Assembly (NCBI GenBank): GCA_001789395.1
Contig: MFZK01000003.1
Location: forward strand, 48,390-112,389
Direction of reading: 5' to 3'
From: Candidatus Roizmanbacteria bacterium RIFCSPHIGHO2_02_FULL_37_13b
Lineage (GTDB): Bacteria; Patescibacteriota; Microgenomatia; UBA1406; HO2-37-13b
DNA: 64,000 nt
Position 1 is the stretch's first letter, and every line of letters begins with the position of its first letter. The notes beneath the pieces are model-generated. The model saw nothing but the letters and a program-made list of their open reading frames with translations, made no database searches and was not told the DNA's origin. Positions 48,990 to 57,605 of the stretch are shown here, piece after piece. Position numbers and translations under genes: made by a program.

Positions 48990-50330
48990 ATGTCAGGTGA
49001 AGGGCTTAGACAAGCACAAGCAGCAGTTGATGCTGCTGAAGCTGTATTTAGAGAACAACTTTTAGGCCAACGAGATAATCGTGTTTGTGCTTCCCTTAAT
49101 TCACCAAACGGCCCAATAATATTGGGTTGGGATGAACAAGGCTTACCCCGTCAATGGACTGATTTAAACCAATTACACCCTGCTCAAAGGCAAAATGTAG
49201 AGTCATATTCAGCCTCGCCTTACGACGTCCGCTCAAATAACTTCGAAGCTCTTAATTTAGTACGTATTGCAACAATGACAGACTATACTGATCCCTCTCA
49301 TCAAGCAATCCCCGATAGAGTCAATTTTATAGTCATGGATGACCAGGGACAAGAAAGACCTCTTTCAATCGATGAATTAACAGCCTTAAGATCAATAGCT
49401 TTTGCGCCCCATTTTCAAGAGGGTCATCAACAAGTCGGTGATTCTATCCAATCATTACCATTAGCAACAGATATGTATTGTTTTCTTATTCCACAAAATG
49501 GATCCGGTGTCGCTATTTTACCTCAACCTTATAAAGATACCGTCGGTAATAGTAATTCTGGAGCATATGAAGAGGCTTCACGTACAATTATTTCGGAACT
49601 CATTATTAATGATATTTTACAAAAACGGTCGGAATCAGATACCGGTCTGTATCTTGAAGATGCTATTTCTGTCCTACCAATCTCAACTGGAAGGAGAGAA
49701 ATCGATGGTTTATTAAATTGGGTACTGACACAAGAAAATGTCCAAGATGCAATAAGACGTGCTGAAGATAAAACTGGAAGATTAGGAAATTTATTAGGCA
49801 GGGCGGGATTAGCTACAGTTTTCACCACTGACTACATAAAGAGATTGATAGCCAAATCCTTAATGCCAAGTTTACGACATGCCTCTCTTCAAGATTTAAG
49901 ACGACTTGCATTAAAAATGGCTATGCGTGCTGAGCGAACTTTTCAACCTGATCATTTTGAAGATGATCTGATTACGACTATTGAACCTGATTCAGAGATA
50001 TTTGATTTTGACCCAGATAGACCCGCTACAATGCGTAAAAGTGGACAAAAAGATACTGTTCCAGGACCCGGCTATATAGGTTCAGGAAGAGAATTTGTAC
50101 ATCAACCAGGAACTTATCAAGAATATGATGATGGAACGCTTAACCTACTAGACGAATTTGGATACAATCCAAGAACGAATAGCGTATTCGCATTGAAAGG
50201 ATGGACTGTCAATCCAGATGGACAAGCGGTAGTAGCACAAGGATTTGAATTGGATGATGATAATAATCCAGTATTAGTTCGCGGTTATGTCTGGAATCCT
50301 GAGACAAGAACTGCAGCGCTTTTTGTCTGA
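48990..50330 (+). CDS. Hypothetical soluble protein (GC-richer)
   Basis: 446 aa, no TM, no recognisable motif; elevated GC; TATAAT-like -10 element upstream. Confidence 0.5.
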   Translation: MSGEGLRQAQAAVDAAEAVFREQLLGQRDNRVCASLNSPNGPIILGWDEQGLPRQWTDLNQLHPAQRQNVESYSASPYDVRSNNFEALNLVRIATMTDYTDPSHQAIPDRVNFIVMDDQGQERPLSIDELTALRSIAFAPHFQEGHQQVGDSIQSLPLATDMYCFLIPQNGSGVAILPQPYKDTVGNSNSGAYEEASRTIISELIINDILQKRSESDTGLYLEDAISVLPISTGRREIDGLLNWVLTQENVQDAIRRAEDKTGRLGNLLGRAGLATVFTTDYIKRLIAKSLMPSLRHASLQDLRRLALKMAMRAERTFQPDHFEDDLITTIEPDSEIFDFDPDRPATMRKSGQKDTVPGPGYIGSGREFVHQPGTYQEYDDGTLNLLDEFGYNPRTNSVFALKGWTVNPDGQAVVAQGFELDDDNNPVLVRGYVWNPETRTAALFV

Positions 50331-50487
50331 TAACTTCTTAATCTATCTTTTCATATTTTATAATATAATATCCTCTAGATTGCGGTGGTAGTTCAGCGGT
50401 ACCCCGGATAACGCTTTCTGTTCGTGAGGTTTACATCCTCACCTCACAGTGGCGCGTATACGGGGCAGGGAATGTCTTAAACAAAAT

Positions 50488-50561
50488 GCGGGATTAGTTG
50501 AGCGGCTCAACGTCAGCTTTCCAAGCTGAAAAGACGGGTTCGACCCCCGTATCCCGCTCCA
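50488..50561 (+). tRNA. tRNA-Gly (anticodon UCC), CCA encoded
   Basis: Acceptor GCGGGAT/ATCCCGC, D arm GTTG-AGCGGCT-CAAC, anticodon arm TCAGC-TTTCCAA-GCTGA, T arm ACGGG-TTCGACC-CCCGT, discriminator U, then CCA. Confidence 0.65.
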
Positions 50562-50682
50562 AAAAGTTCAAGGATGAAATCAAGGAGAAGGTTGAGGGCC
50601 GAAGGTCCCGTCCGCCGCTCAGTGTACGACAAAGAAATAAAGTGAAAAGAAGGGCCGCGAAGGTCCTAACTAACATGAAGGA

Positions 50683-50703
50683 TTCGACCCCCGTATCCCG
50701 CTC
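50683..50703 (+). repeat. 21-nt direct repeat of the tRNA-Gly 3' end (ttcgacccccgtatcccgctc)
   Basis: Identical to 50539..50559. The ~120-bp segment between the copies carries two near-identical hairpins (gggccgaaggtccc / gggccgcgaaggtcc). Confidence 0.5.
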
Positions 50704-50739
50704 ATTGTCCTCTCAGAACGAAGGAGGGGTTTTTTTTCT

Positions 50740-51936
50740 TCAAATCCTACCTGACTCTATCTTCTCTCTTATATCCTCCATAAAGCACTCGATTACGGTA
50801 AGATTGTGAATTGTTGCCAACCGATATGCAGTCAGTTCACGTGCTTTAAAAAGGTGACGCAAATAGGCTCGTGAATAATTTTGACAGGTATAACATTGGC
50901 AATCTTCATCAATAGGGTTAAGATCATATTTATATTCTGCATCATAAATATCAATTACTTCTTGCGCCGCTCTATAGAGTTTTCCCATACGAGCATGACG
51001 CGTCGGGATGACACAATCGAAAGTATCTATACCTTGCTTGACTGCATCAACGATATCATCAAGTTGACCAACTCCAAGTAGATGACATGGTCTTTTGTCA
51101 TTATTTATAACATCCATTACCCATTTAACTTGATTTCTCATCTCTTCCTTGGACTCGCCGACAGCCACTCCGCCAATTGCTAAACCCCAAAAGGGTAGAG
51201 AAGATATATCTTCGGCTGATTTTTTACGGAGATCCTCATACATACCACCCTGGATGACCCCGTAAAGTCTCTGGATCGTGGGACGTGCTGAGACCATTTG
51301 CAGAGATCTCTGTGCCCAATCATAAGTCCTTTTTACAGATCTCTCTGTCTGCTTTCGCGTCACGTCAGACGGTAAACAGTCATCAAGCGCTACGATAAAA
51401 TCAGCGCCAATCTTTTTTTGAGCCTCAATTGAGTATTCGGGGGTAAAATAAAATTCATTTCCATCAATATGTGATCGAAATTTGACACCGTCATCAGTAA
51501 TTTTGACTAAATTAGGAAAGTCAATATTAGAAAAAGCAGATTCTGTCACTTCCTCCTCCCAGCCAGTGCTCTCGTTGTTGCACGCTGTCTGGGACTCCCT
51601 CCGGTCATGCCACCTGCTTTTTCTGGACAAGCTAAACACTTGAAATCCGCCGGAATCAGTGATAAGCGGCAAATTTAAATTGGCGAATTTGTGAATACCA
51701 CCGGCTTTTTCAATAATATCAACGCCACAAGACACGACCAAGTGATACGTATTAACAAAAAGGATTTGTGTTTTAATTTTTTGAATATCTTCAATCACTA
51801 ATGATTTTAATGATCCTTTTGTCGCACATGGAATAAACGCCGGCGTTTTAATCTCACCATGAGGCGTTTGTATGATCCCTAAACGAGCACGGGATTTTTG
51901 ACTTTGTTTCAGTATTTTGAACTGAAAAATATTCAT
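50740..51936 (-). CDS. tgt: Queuine tRNA-ribosyltransferase
   Basis: LITDSGGFQVFSL; zinc site CQCYTCQNYSRAYLRHL; carries a ~35-aa GC-rich insertion after the FSL motif. Confidence 0.85.
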   Translation of the reverse strand: MNIFQFKILKQSQKSRARLGIIQTPHGEIKTPAFIPCATKGSLKSLVIEDIQKIKTQILFVNTYHLVVSCGVDIIEKAGGIHKFANLNLPLITDSGGFQVFSLSRKSRWHDRRESQTACNNESTGWEEEVTESAFSNIDFPNLVKITDDGVKFRSHIDGNEFYFTPEYSIEAQKKIGADFIVALDDCLPSDVTRKQTERSVKRTYDWAQRSLQMVSARPTIQRLYGVIQGGMYEDLRKKSAEDISSLPFWGLAIGGVAVGESKEEMRNQVKWVMDVINNDKRPCHLLGVGQLDDIVDAVKQGIDTFDCVIPTRHARMGKLYRAAQEVIDIYDAEYKYDLNPIDEDCQCYTCQNYSRAYLRHLFKARELTAYRLATIHNLTVIECFMEDIREKIESGRI

Positions 51937-52021
51937 TTTAATAGATTTCTAATTACTATAAATACCTATTTAATACAATTCAACTCACAAAATTATGATA
52001 ATTATATCAATTCAACCAACC

Positions 52022-52045
52022 TTCCAATCGTTTAATCGATTGGAA
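52022..52045. promoter_or_regulatory. 24-bp palindrome ttccaatcg-tttaat-cgattggaa (copy 1, abutting the stop codon of the TrpR-like gene)
   Basis: Perfect 9-bp inverted arms; recurs at 52601..52624, partially at 52667..52685, and as ccaatcgattaatcgattgg at 57350..57369. Confidence 0.5.
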
Positions 52046-52513
52046 TTATAAACCGTGGATTTTTTTACGTTCGGCCTCTAATTTTCGCTGCCAAGCGGCA
52101 GACCAGTTGACACCATATATACCGGGTGCAAACAATGTATTACAAATATCCATAAACATATCTTTGAGATTTTCTTTCAGGATAATTAACTGGAACGCTT
52201 TTTGGATACCTCGATCGGTATGGGTCTGTAAAATAAACGCAAATTTCGCAACTGTGGATGGAGATAATTTCAAAACATAACAAATCGTCCCATTTTCAAT
52301 TCCTTTCATAAGCAAAAATGACAATGCGATCCGTTTAGCAATCATTATTTTCTCAGACTGAGATAATACATCATTCAAAATATCCAAAAACTCCGTTTTA
52401 TTATTTCTTTTACCTACAATATTAAAAAATAAATCAAACAATTTTTCTAGCTTGTCCTCTGATAATTGATATTTTGATAATCTAACCATTTTAAATTCCT
52501 CAAATTTTATCAA
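52046..52513 (-). CDS. TrpR/YerC/YecD-like helix-turn-helix DNA-binding protein
   Basis: Pattern ...SEKIMIAKRIALSFLLMKGIENGTICYVLKLSPSTVAKF matches the TrpR-like (PF01371) fold with an N-terminal extension. Confidence 0.55.
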   Translation of the reverse strand: MIKFEEFKMVRLSKYQLSEDKLEKLFDLFFNIVGKRNNKTEFLDILNDVLSQSEKIMIAKRIALSFLLMKGIENGTICYVLKLSPSTVAKFAFILQTHTDRGIQKAFQLIILKENLKDMFMDICNTLFAPGIYGVNWSAAWQRKLEAERKKIHGL

Positions 52514-52600
52514 TAAAAACCATCATGATGAATTTATAATACAAGTAAGTTTGTACCTTTTTCAATCGATTATAATCATCAAAATCATCATCTTATTTCA

Positions 52601-52624
52601 TTCCAATCGTTTAATCGATTGGAA
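52601..52624. promoter_or_regulatory. 24-bp palindrome (copy 2), upstream of the TrpR-like gene; probable operator
   Basis: Identical to copy 1. A degenerate half-copy lies at 52667..52685. Located 88 nt upstream of the gene start. Confidence 0.5.
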
Positions 52625-52726
52625 GTATAACATCATTGCTTCAGAGATATAAATTAGTCATTGGTATCCAATCGTTTAATCGAATAAAAAATAAGTGCAA
52701 GAGAAGAAAAATATAAATTGTTTACT

Positions 52727-53632
52727 TTATTTATTTCTGATTTTGTGAATTGGATGGTAATGTATCCTTCCCTCAGCTATATATATTCCCACGATAACTA
52801 AAAGAGCTCCCAGAAAATAGAGCTTTGTCGGATATTCTCCAAGAAGAGGAATAGCGATCAAAACTGTTGCAACGGGATCAATATACATAAAAAGCCCTAT
52901 TTCAGAAATGTGGATTTTTGAAATGCCGTAATAAAAAAAACAGTAGGCGATAATTGATGCTAATACAGCGCCATATAATATACCTATTATTCCAACCAAA
53001 TTTAATTTATCAAAAGACCATCCCCTCAGTTCAAGAGCCATGAAAGGCAAAAAACTCCATGATGCAAAAAGAAAGGAAATTGCAGTAAACTGAATAAAAT
53101 GAACTCGATCAAGTACTTTTTTAGCAATTAATGGATCTATGACCGCACCGACTGTTGCCAATACAAAAAAAAGATTGGCCACTGTTGCTGAATTCTTTGA
53201 AACTTGTGATCCATTCAGGTAAGGAGAAAATACCACGACCAAAACACCAAGAAGCGCTATCATCATTCCAAAAAAAACCTTTTTATGAAATTTTTCTCTG
53301 AAAAAAAAGATTGCAAAAATAAATATAAACACCGGACCGGCCGATGCAATCAACGTTGAGTTGATACTTACTCCATGCTGAAGTCCCAAAAAGAAAAAAG
53401 AGATGTTAATTGTGATCCCAAAGAGAGCTGATAGACAAATAAGCAAAATGTCCCTAAGTTTCATGGGTCTCCAGATTCTCAAACTTAACGGTAACAATAT
53501 CAAAGCAGCAATGAAGAAACGCAAAAAAGCAAGTGTGAATGGGGGAATATTTTGCAGCGCCAGTTTATATATGGGTGGTGATGCCCCCCAGATAATATTA
53601 GTAATAATAATCGCTAAAACAGCAATGTTCAT
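52727..53632 (-). CDS. EamA/DMT-superfamily transporter
   Basis: 10 TM helices, EamA repeats. Confidence 0.7.
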   Translation of the reverse strand: MNIAVLAIIITNIIWGASPPIYKLALQNIPPFTLAFLRFFIAALILLPLSLRIWRPMKLRDILLICLSALFGITINISFFFLGLQHGVSINSTLIASAGPVFIFIFAIFFFREKFHKKVFFGMMIALLGVLVVVFSPYLNGSQVSKNSATVANLFFVLATVGAVIDPLIAKKVLDRVHFIQFTAISFLFASWSFLPFMALELRGWSFDKLNLVGIIGILYGAVLASIIAYCFFYYGISKIHISEIGLFMYIDPVATVLIAIPLLGEYPTKLYFLGALLVIVGIYIAEGRIHYHPIHKIRNK

Positions 53633-53696
53633 AAATATTATTATGGCGCTTTTTTAGACACTTGTCCAGATCAAGTAATGATTTTGATGGGGGGGG

Positions 53697-55208
53697 TTAT
53701 GATGCAATTCTTTGCAGTGCGTTTTTTAGCAATCGATAAAAGGTTGAAACTGATTCAATTTCAACTCTCTCTTCAGTTGAATGTGCACCATCTATAGTCG
53801 GGCCTATTGAGACAGGCGTCATATGAGCAAATTCTGACTGTTTTAAGAATTCTCCAAGCTCTAAACCTGCATGAATAGGACCTATTTTTGGTTTTTTACC
53901 TGTTAGACGTTCATATTCTTCTGCCATCAATGCCACCAGTTGATTATTTGGATCCGGAAGCCAACCTGTATAACTAGGTAATTGCTCAACATTTGCGCCA
54001 TATTTTTGACCAGCCGCTGCCACTCTAGCTCTTTGACTCTCTAACGTCTCAGCATAAGTACTCCTTGAGTTAACAACAAGCGATAATTTTCCCTCTTCTG
54101 TTTTGATAGTAGCTAAATTTGAAGAAGTTTCAACGAGATCAGGCACATTTTCAGTATAAGCCGCAACACCATGAGGTAACTCTTCAATTAAATCAACTAC
54201 TCTTGATGTATCTTGTTGTGTCATTACACGGCAATTTTCAATTGGCTCTAAATCTGTTGGAGATATCTCAATGTCGTTGTCCATTGGCGCATGAAGTCTT
54301 GCAGCGCTCTGAAATCCAGACACGAATGCATACACTCTATCGACTTCACTTGGATCAACCGCTAAAACCATTCTACAATCTGAAGGTATAAGATTATGAC
54401 GTTCACCACCTATAATTGATACCATATTAGCAGATACACCATAACTAGTTCTTAAATCTTTGAGTAACCGGCCTGCTTCTTTTATGGCATTTGCTCGCGG
54501 TTCATGGATCTTAAGACCCGAATGCCCACCGACCAAGCCAGAAATATCAATTTGTACTAATTTTCTGTCACCTAAGGCTTCGGTAGAAAACGAAGTTTCA
54601 ACTCGACTATTCCCTCCACCAGCACACCCATTGAATATTTGATTTCCATCTTCACTATCGACATTGATAATATACTGAGGCTTTGAAAAGTCAACGCCTG
54701 GAATGTTAAATTGCTGAACACCTGAGAGACCAGATTCTTCATCTACAGTTGCGATAAAGTATAAATCACCATGTCTTACTGTTTTATCGGTCAATATAGA
54801 CATTACAACTCCTAAACCCAAACGATTGTCCGCGCCAAGAGTAGTTCCATTAGCTTTAACCCACTTACCATCTTCAGACACAACTACATCAAGACCATTT
54901 GCCTCATCTATATCGCCCTTAAAAATCATGTCTTGGTGACCCTGTAAGATAACAGCGGGTGAGCTTTCACAACCGGCTGTTGCAGACGCATGAATGACTA
55001 CATTGCCAACACCACCATCGCCATCATCATAATAGTCAAAGTCAAACTCTTTAGCATAATCTCTTAATCTTGTGCGTATTGGGCCTTCTTGACCAGATTG
55101 GCAGGGGAATTTGCACAGATCTAGAAAGTACTTCCAGGTTTGGTTAACGCCTGGTTCGACTTCGCGCTCGACTAAACTATCTAGTTCTGCAGAAGTTGGA
55201 GGTGGCAT
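53697..55208 (-). CDS. pepD: M20C-family aminoacyl-histidine (Xaa-His) dipeptidase, PepD-like
   Basis: HQDMIF...GADNRLGLG...VDEESG... metal-binding motifs of M20 peptidases; ~500 aa typical of PepD; GC-richer than the neighbours. Confidence 0.7.
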   Translation of the reverse strand: MPPPTSAELDSLVEREVEPGVNQTWKYFLDLCKFPCQSGQEGPIRTRLRDYAKEFDFDYYDDGDGGVGNVVIHASATAGCESSPAVILQGHQDMIFKGDIDEANGLDVVVSEDGKWVKANGTTLGADNRLGLGVVMSILTDKTVRHGDLYFIATVDEESGLSGVQQFNIPGVDFSKPQYIINVDSEDGNQIFNGCAGGGNSRVETSFSTEALGDRKLVQIDISGLVGGHSGLKIHEPRANAIKEAGRLLKDLRTSYGVSANMVSIIGGERHNLIPSDCRMVLAVDPSEVDRVYAFVSGFQSAARLHAPMDNDIEISPTDLEPIENCRVMTQQDTSRVVDLIEELPHGVAAYTENVPDLVETSSNLATIKTEEGKLSLVVNSRSTYAETLESQRARVAAAGQKYGANVEQLPSYTGWLPDPNNQLVALMAEEYERLTGKKPKIGPIHAGLELGEFLKQSEFAHMTPVSIGPTIDGAHSTEERVEIESVSTFYRLLKNALQRIAS

Positions 55209-55278
55209 AAATTTAGCCTATTTTAACATGCTAATTTAACGTATGCAAATTTTGAAACTTTAATCACGGAAGTGATTC

Positions 55279-56172
55279 TTATTTTCGTTTATTGTGCAAG
55301 TAGACAACAAGTTCAGCGACTATACCAGTCATAATGATTTGAAGTCCAACGATGATTAGGAGAATGGCAAAAAGAAGTGCCGGACGCCGATACAAAAGGA
55401 CTCCATAAAAGATCCGCTGAAATGATAAATAACCAGCCGTGATAAACCCGACAGTAAAAAATAATCCACCAATAATTGAGAAAAAATGAAGGGGCCTCTC
55501 TGAAAAACGATAGATAAAGTATGTATTTAAGGCATCGATAAATCCGAAAAATATTCGAACAATATTATATTTTGATTCACCATGAATTCTTGACCGATGA
55601 TCTACTTCAATTTCACCTACTCTAAATCCTTTTTTTTCTGCAAGTATCGGGATAAAACGATAATTGTCTCCATAAAGAGGAATTTCCTCCAAAACCTGCC
55701 GTCGCATCATCTTAAATCCACAGTTAATATCATGTAATTCTGTCGAGAATAAAAATTTAGTTAGAAATTTATTTAAAATTTTTGAAGGTAAAGTTTTGTC
55801 AATTTTATCTTTCCTTTTTTTTCTCCAACCATTTATTAAATCATAACCTTGATTCATTTTTTTAATAAAGTTATTTAAGTCCTCAGGATTGTCCTGCAGA
55901 TCCGCATCCATAAAAGCGATAATATCTCCTTTAGTTTCTTTAAAACCAGCTGCAAGGGCCTGTCCCTTACCAAGCCGTTTAGGGTAAGATATAAGTTTAC
56001 TGTTTGTGTCTTTTGACGTGATACGTGTCACGTGGAACGGAGAACGATCAGTCGATCCGTCATCAACGAATATTATTTCAAATTGTTCTGATTCCAGAAC
56101 TTTCAATAATTCTTTATAAAGAATCGGTAAATTTTTTTCTTCGTTGTGAAAAGGTATTATTATTGAAATCAT
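55279..56172 (-). CDS. GT2 polyprenyl-phosphate sugar synthase-like glycosyltransferase with C-terminal TM helices
   Basis: MISIIIPFHNEEKNL...IIFVDDGSTDRS; two C-terminal TM helices; 4-nt overlap with the downstream membrane protein. Confidence 0.75.
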   Translation of the reverse strand: MISIIIPFHNEEKNLPILYKELLKVLESEQFEIIFVDDGSTDRSPFHVTRITSKDTNSKLISYPKRLGKGQALAAGFKETKGDIIAFMDADLQDNPEDLNNFIKKMNQGYDLINGWRKKRKDKIDKTLPSKILNKFLTKFLFSTELHDINCGFKMMRRQVLEEIPLYGDNYRFIPILAEKKGFRVGEIEVDHRSRIHGESKYNIVRIFFGFIDALNTYFIYRFSERPLHFFSIIGGLFFTVGFITAGYLSFQRIFYGVLLYRRPALLFAILLIIVGLQIIMTGIVAELVVYLHNKRK

Positions 56173-57569
56173 ATTTTCTTATATATTTCTAAATTCAGTC
56201 TACCGTAGACTAGTTTAAAATTTGGATCCTTTTTTAGTAAATTGTATGCATCGATTGAACCTTTTTTATCGTACCAATCATCTAAAACCTTATTCCTCAA
56301 TAATACCACATAATCGCCTTTTATGTAATTTGATGAAAATCGTATTAATGTTTTTCTTCTGGAAAAATGGGGAGCTAAGCTACCTGATGCTGCAACAGAA
56401 ATATTTTCATCCGATAAGATTCTAGTCCACAGCTCTATATCATTAGTTTCTGCTAATCGATTCTGAAAAGGCCGCATATCTGCCCATTTTGAATAGGGGA
56501 GAGGACTATATTTCCAACTAGTAAAAAAAGTCGCCATTAGTAAAATAATTAATAAATATTTAATCGCCATCTTCTTCTTCTCTTGAATAAATTGCAAACT
56601 ATATATTAATGATAAAAAAAGAATCGGGGTGATCACCGCGGTGTAATGATAAATTACACTTTGCATGTTGGTGTTACTGCTTAGTAAGTTTATAACTAAG
56701 TCTGGCAGTGCTAGAAGAATAACCGGTGAAAAAATTGGTAACAATGATAATGGTGAAAGTATTAACCAAAAATAATCCAAACTATTTGTACTAAATAATT
56801 TTTGAATAATAATCATAATAGAACTTAAAGAAGCTCCTATGTATTTATAGCGAACTAGAGCAAAATGTTGTCCTTGACGAAAATATGGAATCAACCAAAA
56901 GAAGACCGCAAGTAACCAGAAAATGCTTAATCCAAAAACAGCAAAATTAAATCGTCGATCGCCTCTTTTTGACAAAATAAAATAAATTGCCATTAATGTT
57001 ATTGTGACCGCAACTTGCTCTTTGGAAAAAATAGTGAGTAGAAAGAAAATCGCTGAAAATAAGTATTTTTCCTTCTTCCAAAAGTAAAATAGTGCCAATA
57101 AAAACGTTGTCGACAAAGTTACGGCATGAAAATCAAAAATCACTGACCACTGTAGTGGAGGATACATCAAATATAAAAACGCCAAAAGCAGTCCTATTTT
57201 ATTTGATCCAAGAATTTCTTTTGTCAATAAATAAACAAAGATACTACCCAAAGCAACAATTAAAACCTGCAAGATTATAAGCGTCTCAGGTCCTGAATAA
57301 ATCCAATACAAAGGTGCTAATAAAGCTAAAATTACATCACCATGAATCACCAATCGATTAATCGATTGGAATCCTGCCGGATCGGTCATTTGTAAAATCC
57401 GACCCTTGCTTGTATTATAAACTGTTTGATCCATTATCCCCATGTCATAATATTCTGAAAGAAAAGCTTGGTGACGTGATATTCCATAGAAAGAAAAATA
57501 AAGAATAAAAACCAAAACCATTAACGATAAAATAATAATTTCCTTTTTATTTATTATTTTTTTTATCAT
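56169..57569 (-). CDS. Polytopic membrane protein (DUF2079-like putative GT-C glycosyltransferase partner)
   Basis: 466 aa, ~12 TM helices; operonic with the GT2 above; contains the palindrome ccaatcgattaatcgattgg at 57350..57369. Confidence 0.5.
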   Translation of the reverse strand: MIKKIINKKEIIILSLMVLVFILYFSFYGISRHQAFLSEYYDMGIMDQTVYNTSKGRILQMTDPAGFQSINRLVIHGDVILALLAPLYWIYSGPETLIILQVLIVALGSIFVYLLTKEILGSNKIGLLLAFLYLMYPPLQWSVIFDFHAVTLSTTFLLALFYFWKKEKYLFSAIFFLLTIFSKEQVAVTITLMAIYFILSKRGDRRFNFAVFGLSIFWLLAVFFWLIPYFRQGQHFALVRYKYIGASLSSIMIIIQKLFSTNSLDYFWLILSPLSLLPIFSPVILLALPDLVINLLSSNTNMQSVIYHYTAVITPILFLSLIYSLQFIQEKKKMAIKYLLIILLMATFFTSWKYSPLPYSKWADMRPFQNRLAETNDIELWTRILSDENISVAASGSLAPHFSRRKTLIRFSSNYIKGDYVVLLRNKVLDDWYDKKGSIDAYNLLKKDPNFKLVYGRLNLEIYKKI

Positions 57570-57605
57570 TATTTCTTGGGTTTTTTTACCTTACCAAATC
57601 ACATT

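Noticed and set aside
50380-50480. A second tRNA (D-loop-like TAGTTCAGCGGTA and an anticodon-like hairpin with a TAC loop) upstream of tRNA-Gly
   Set aside because: I could not assemble a complete cloverleaf: no complementary acceptor strands, and the D-stem partner is missing. Treated as structured leader or unknown RNA instead.
50488-50704. tmRNA (one-piece or permuted) spanning the tRNA-Gly-like element and the repeated 3' end
   Set aside because: There is no GGAUUCGAC element after the 5' acceptor strand, and no plausible tag reading frame with a resume codon. The upstream acceptor/D/anticodon arms fold as an ordinary tRNA-Gly. A direct repeat of the tRNA 3' end explains the pattern better.
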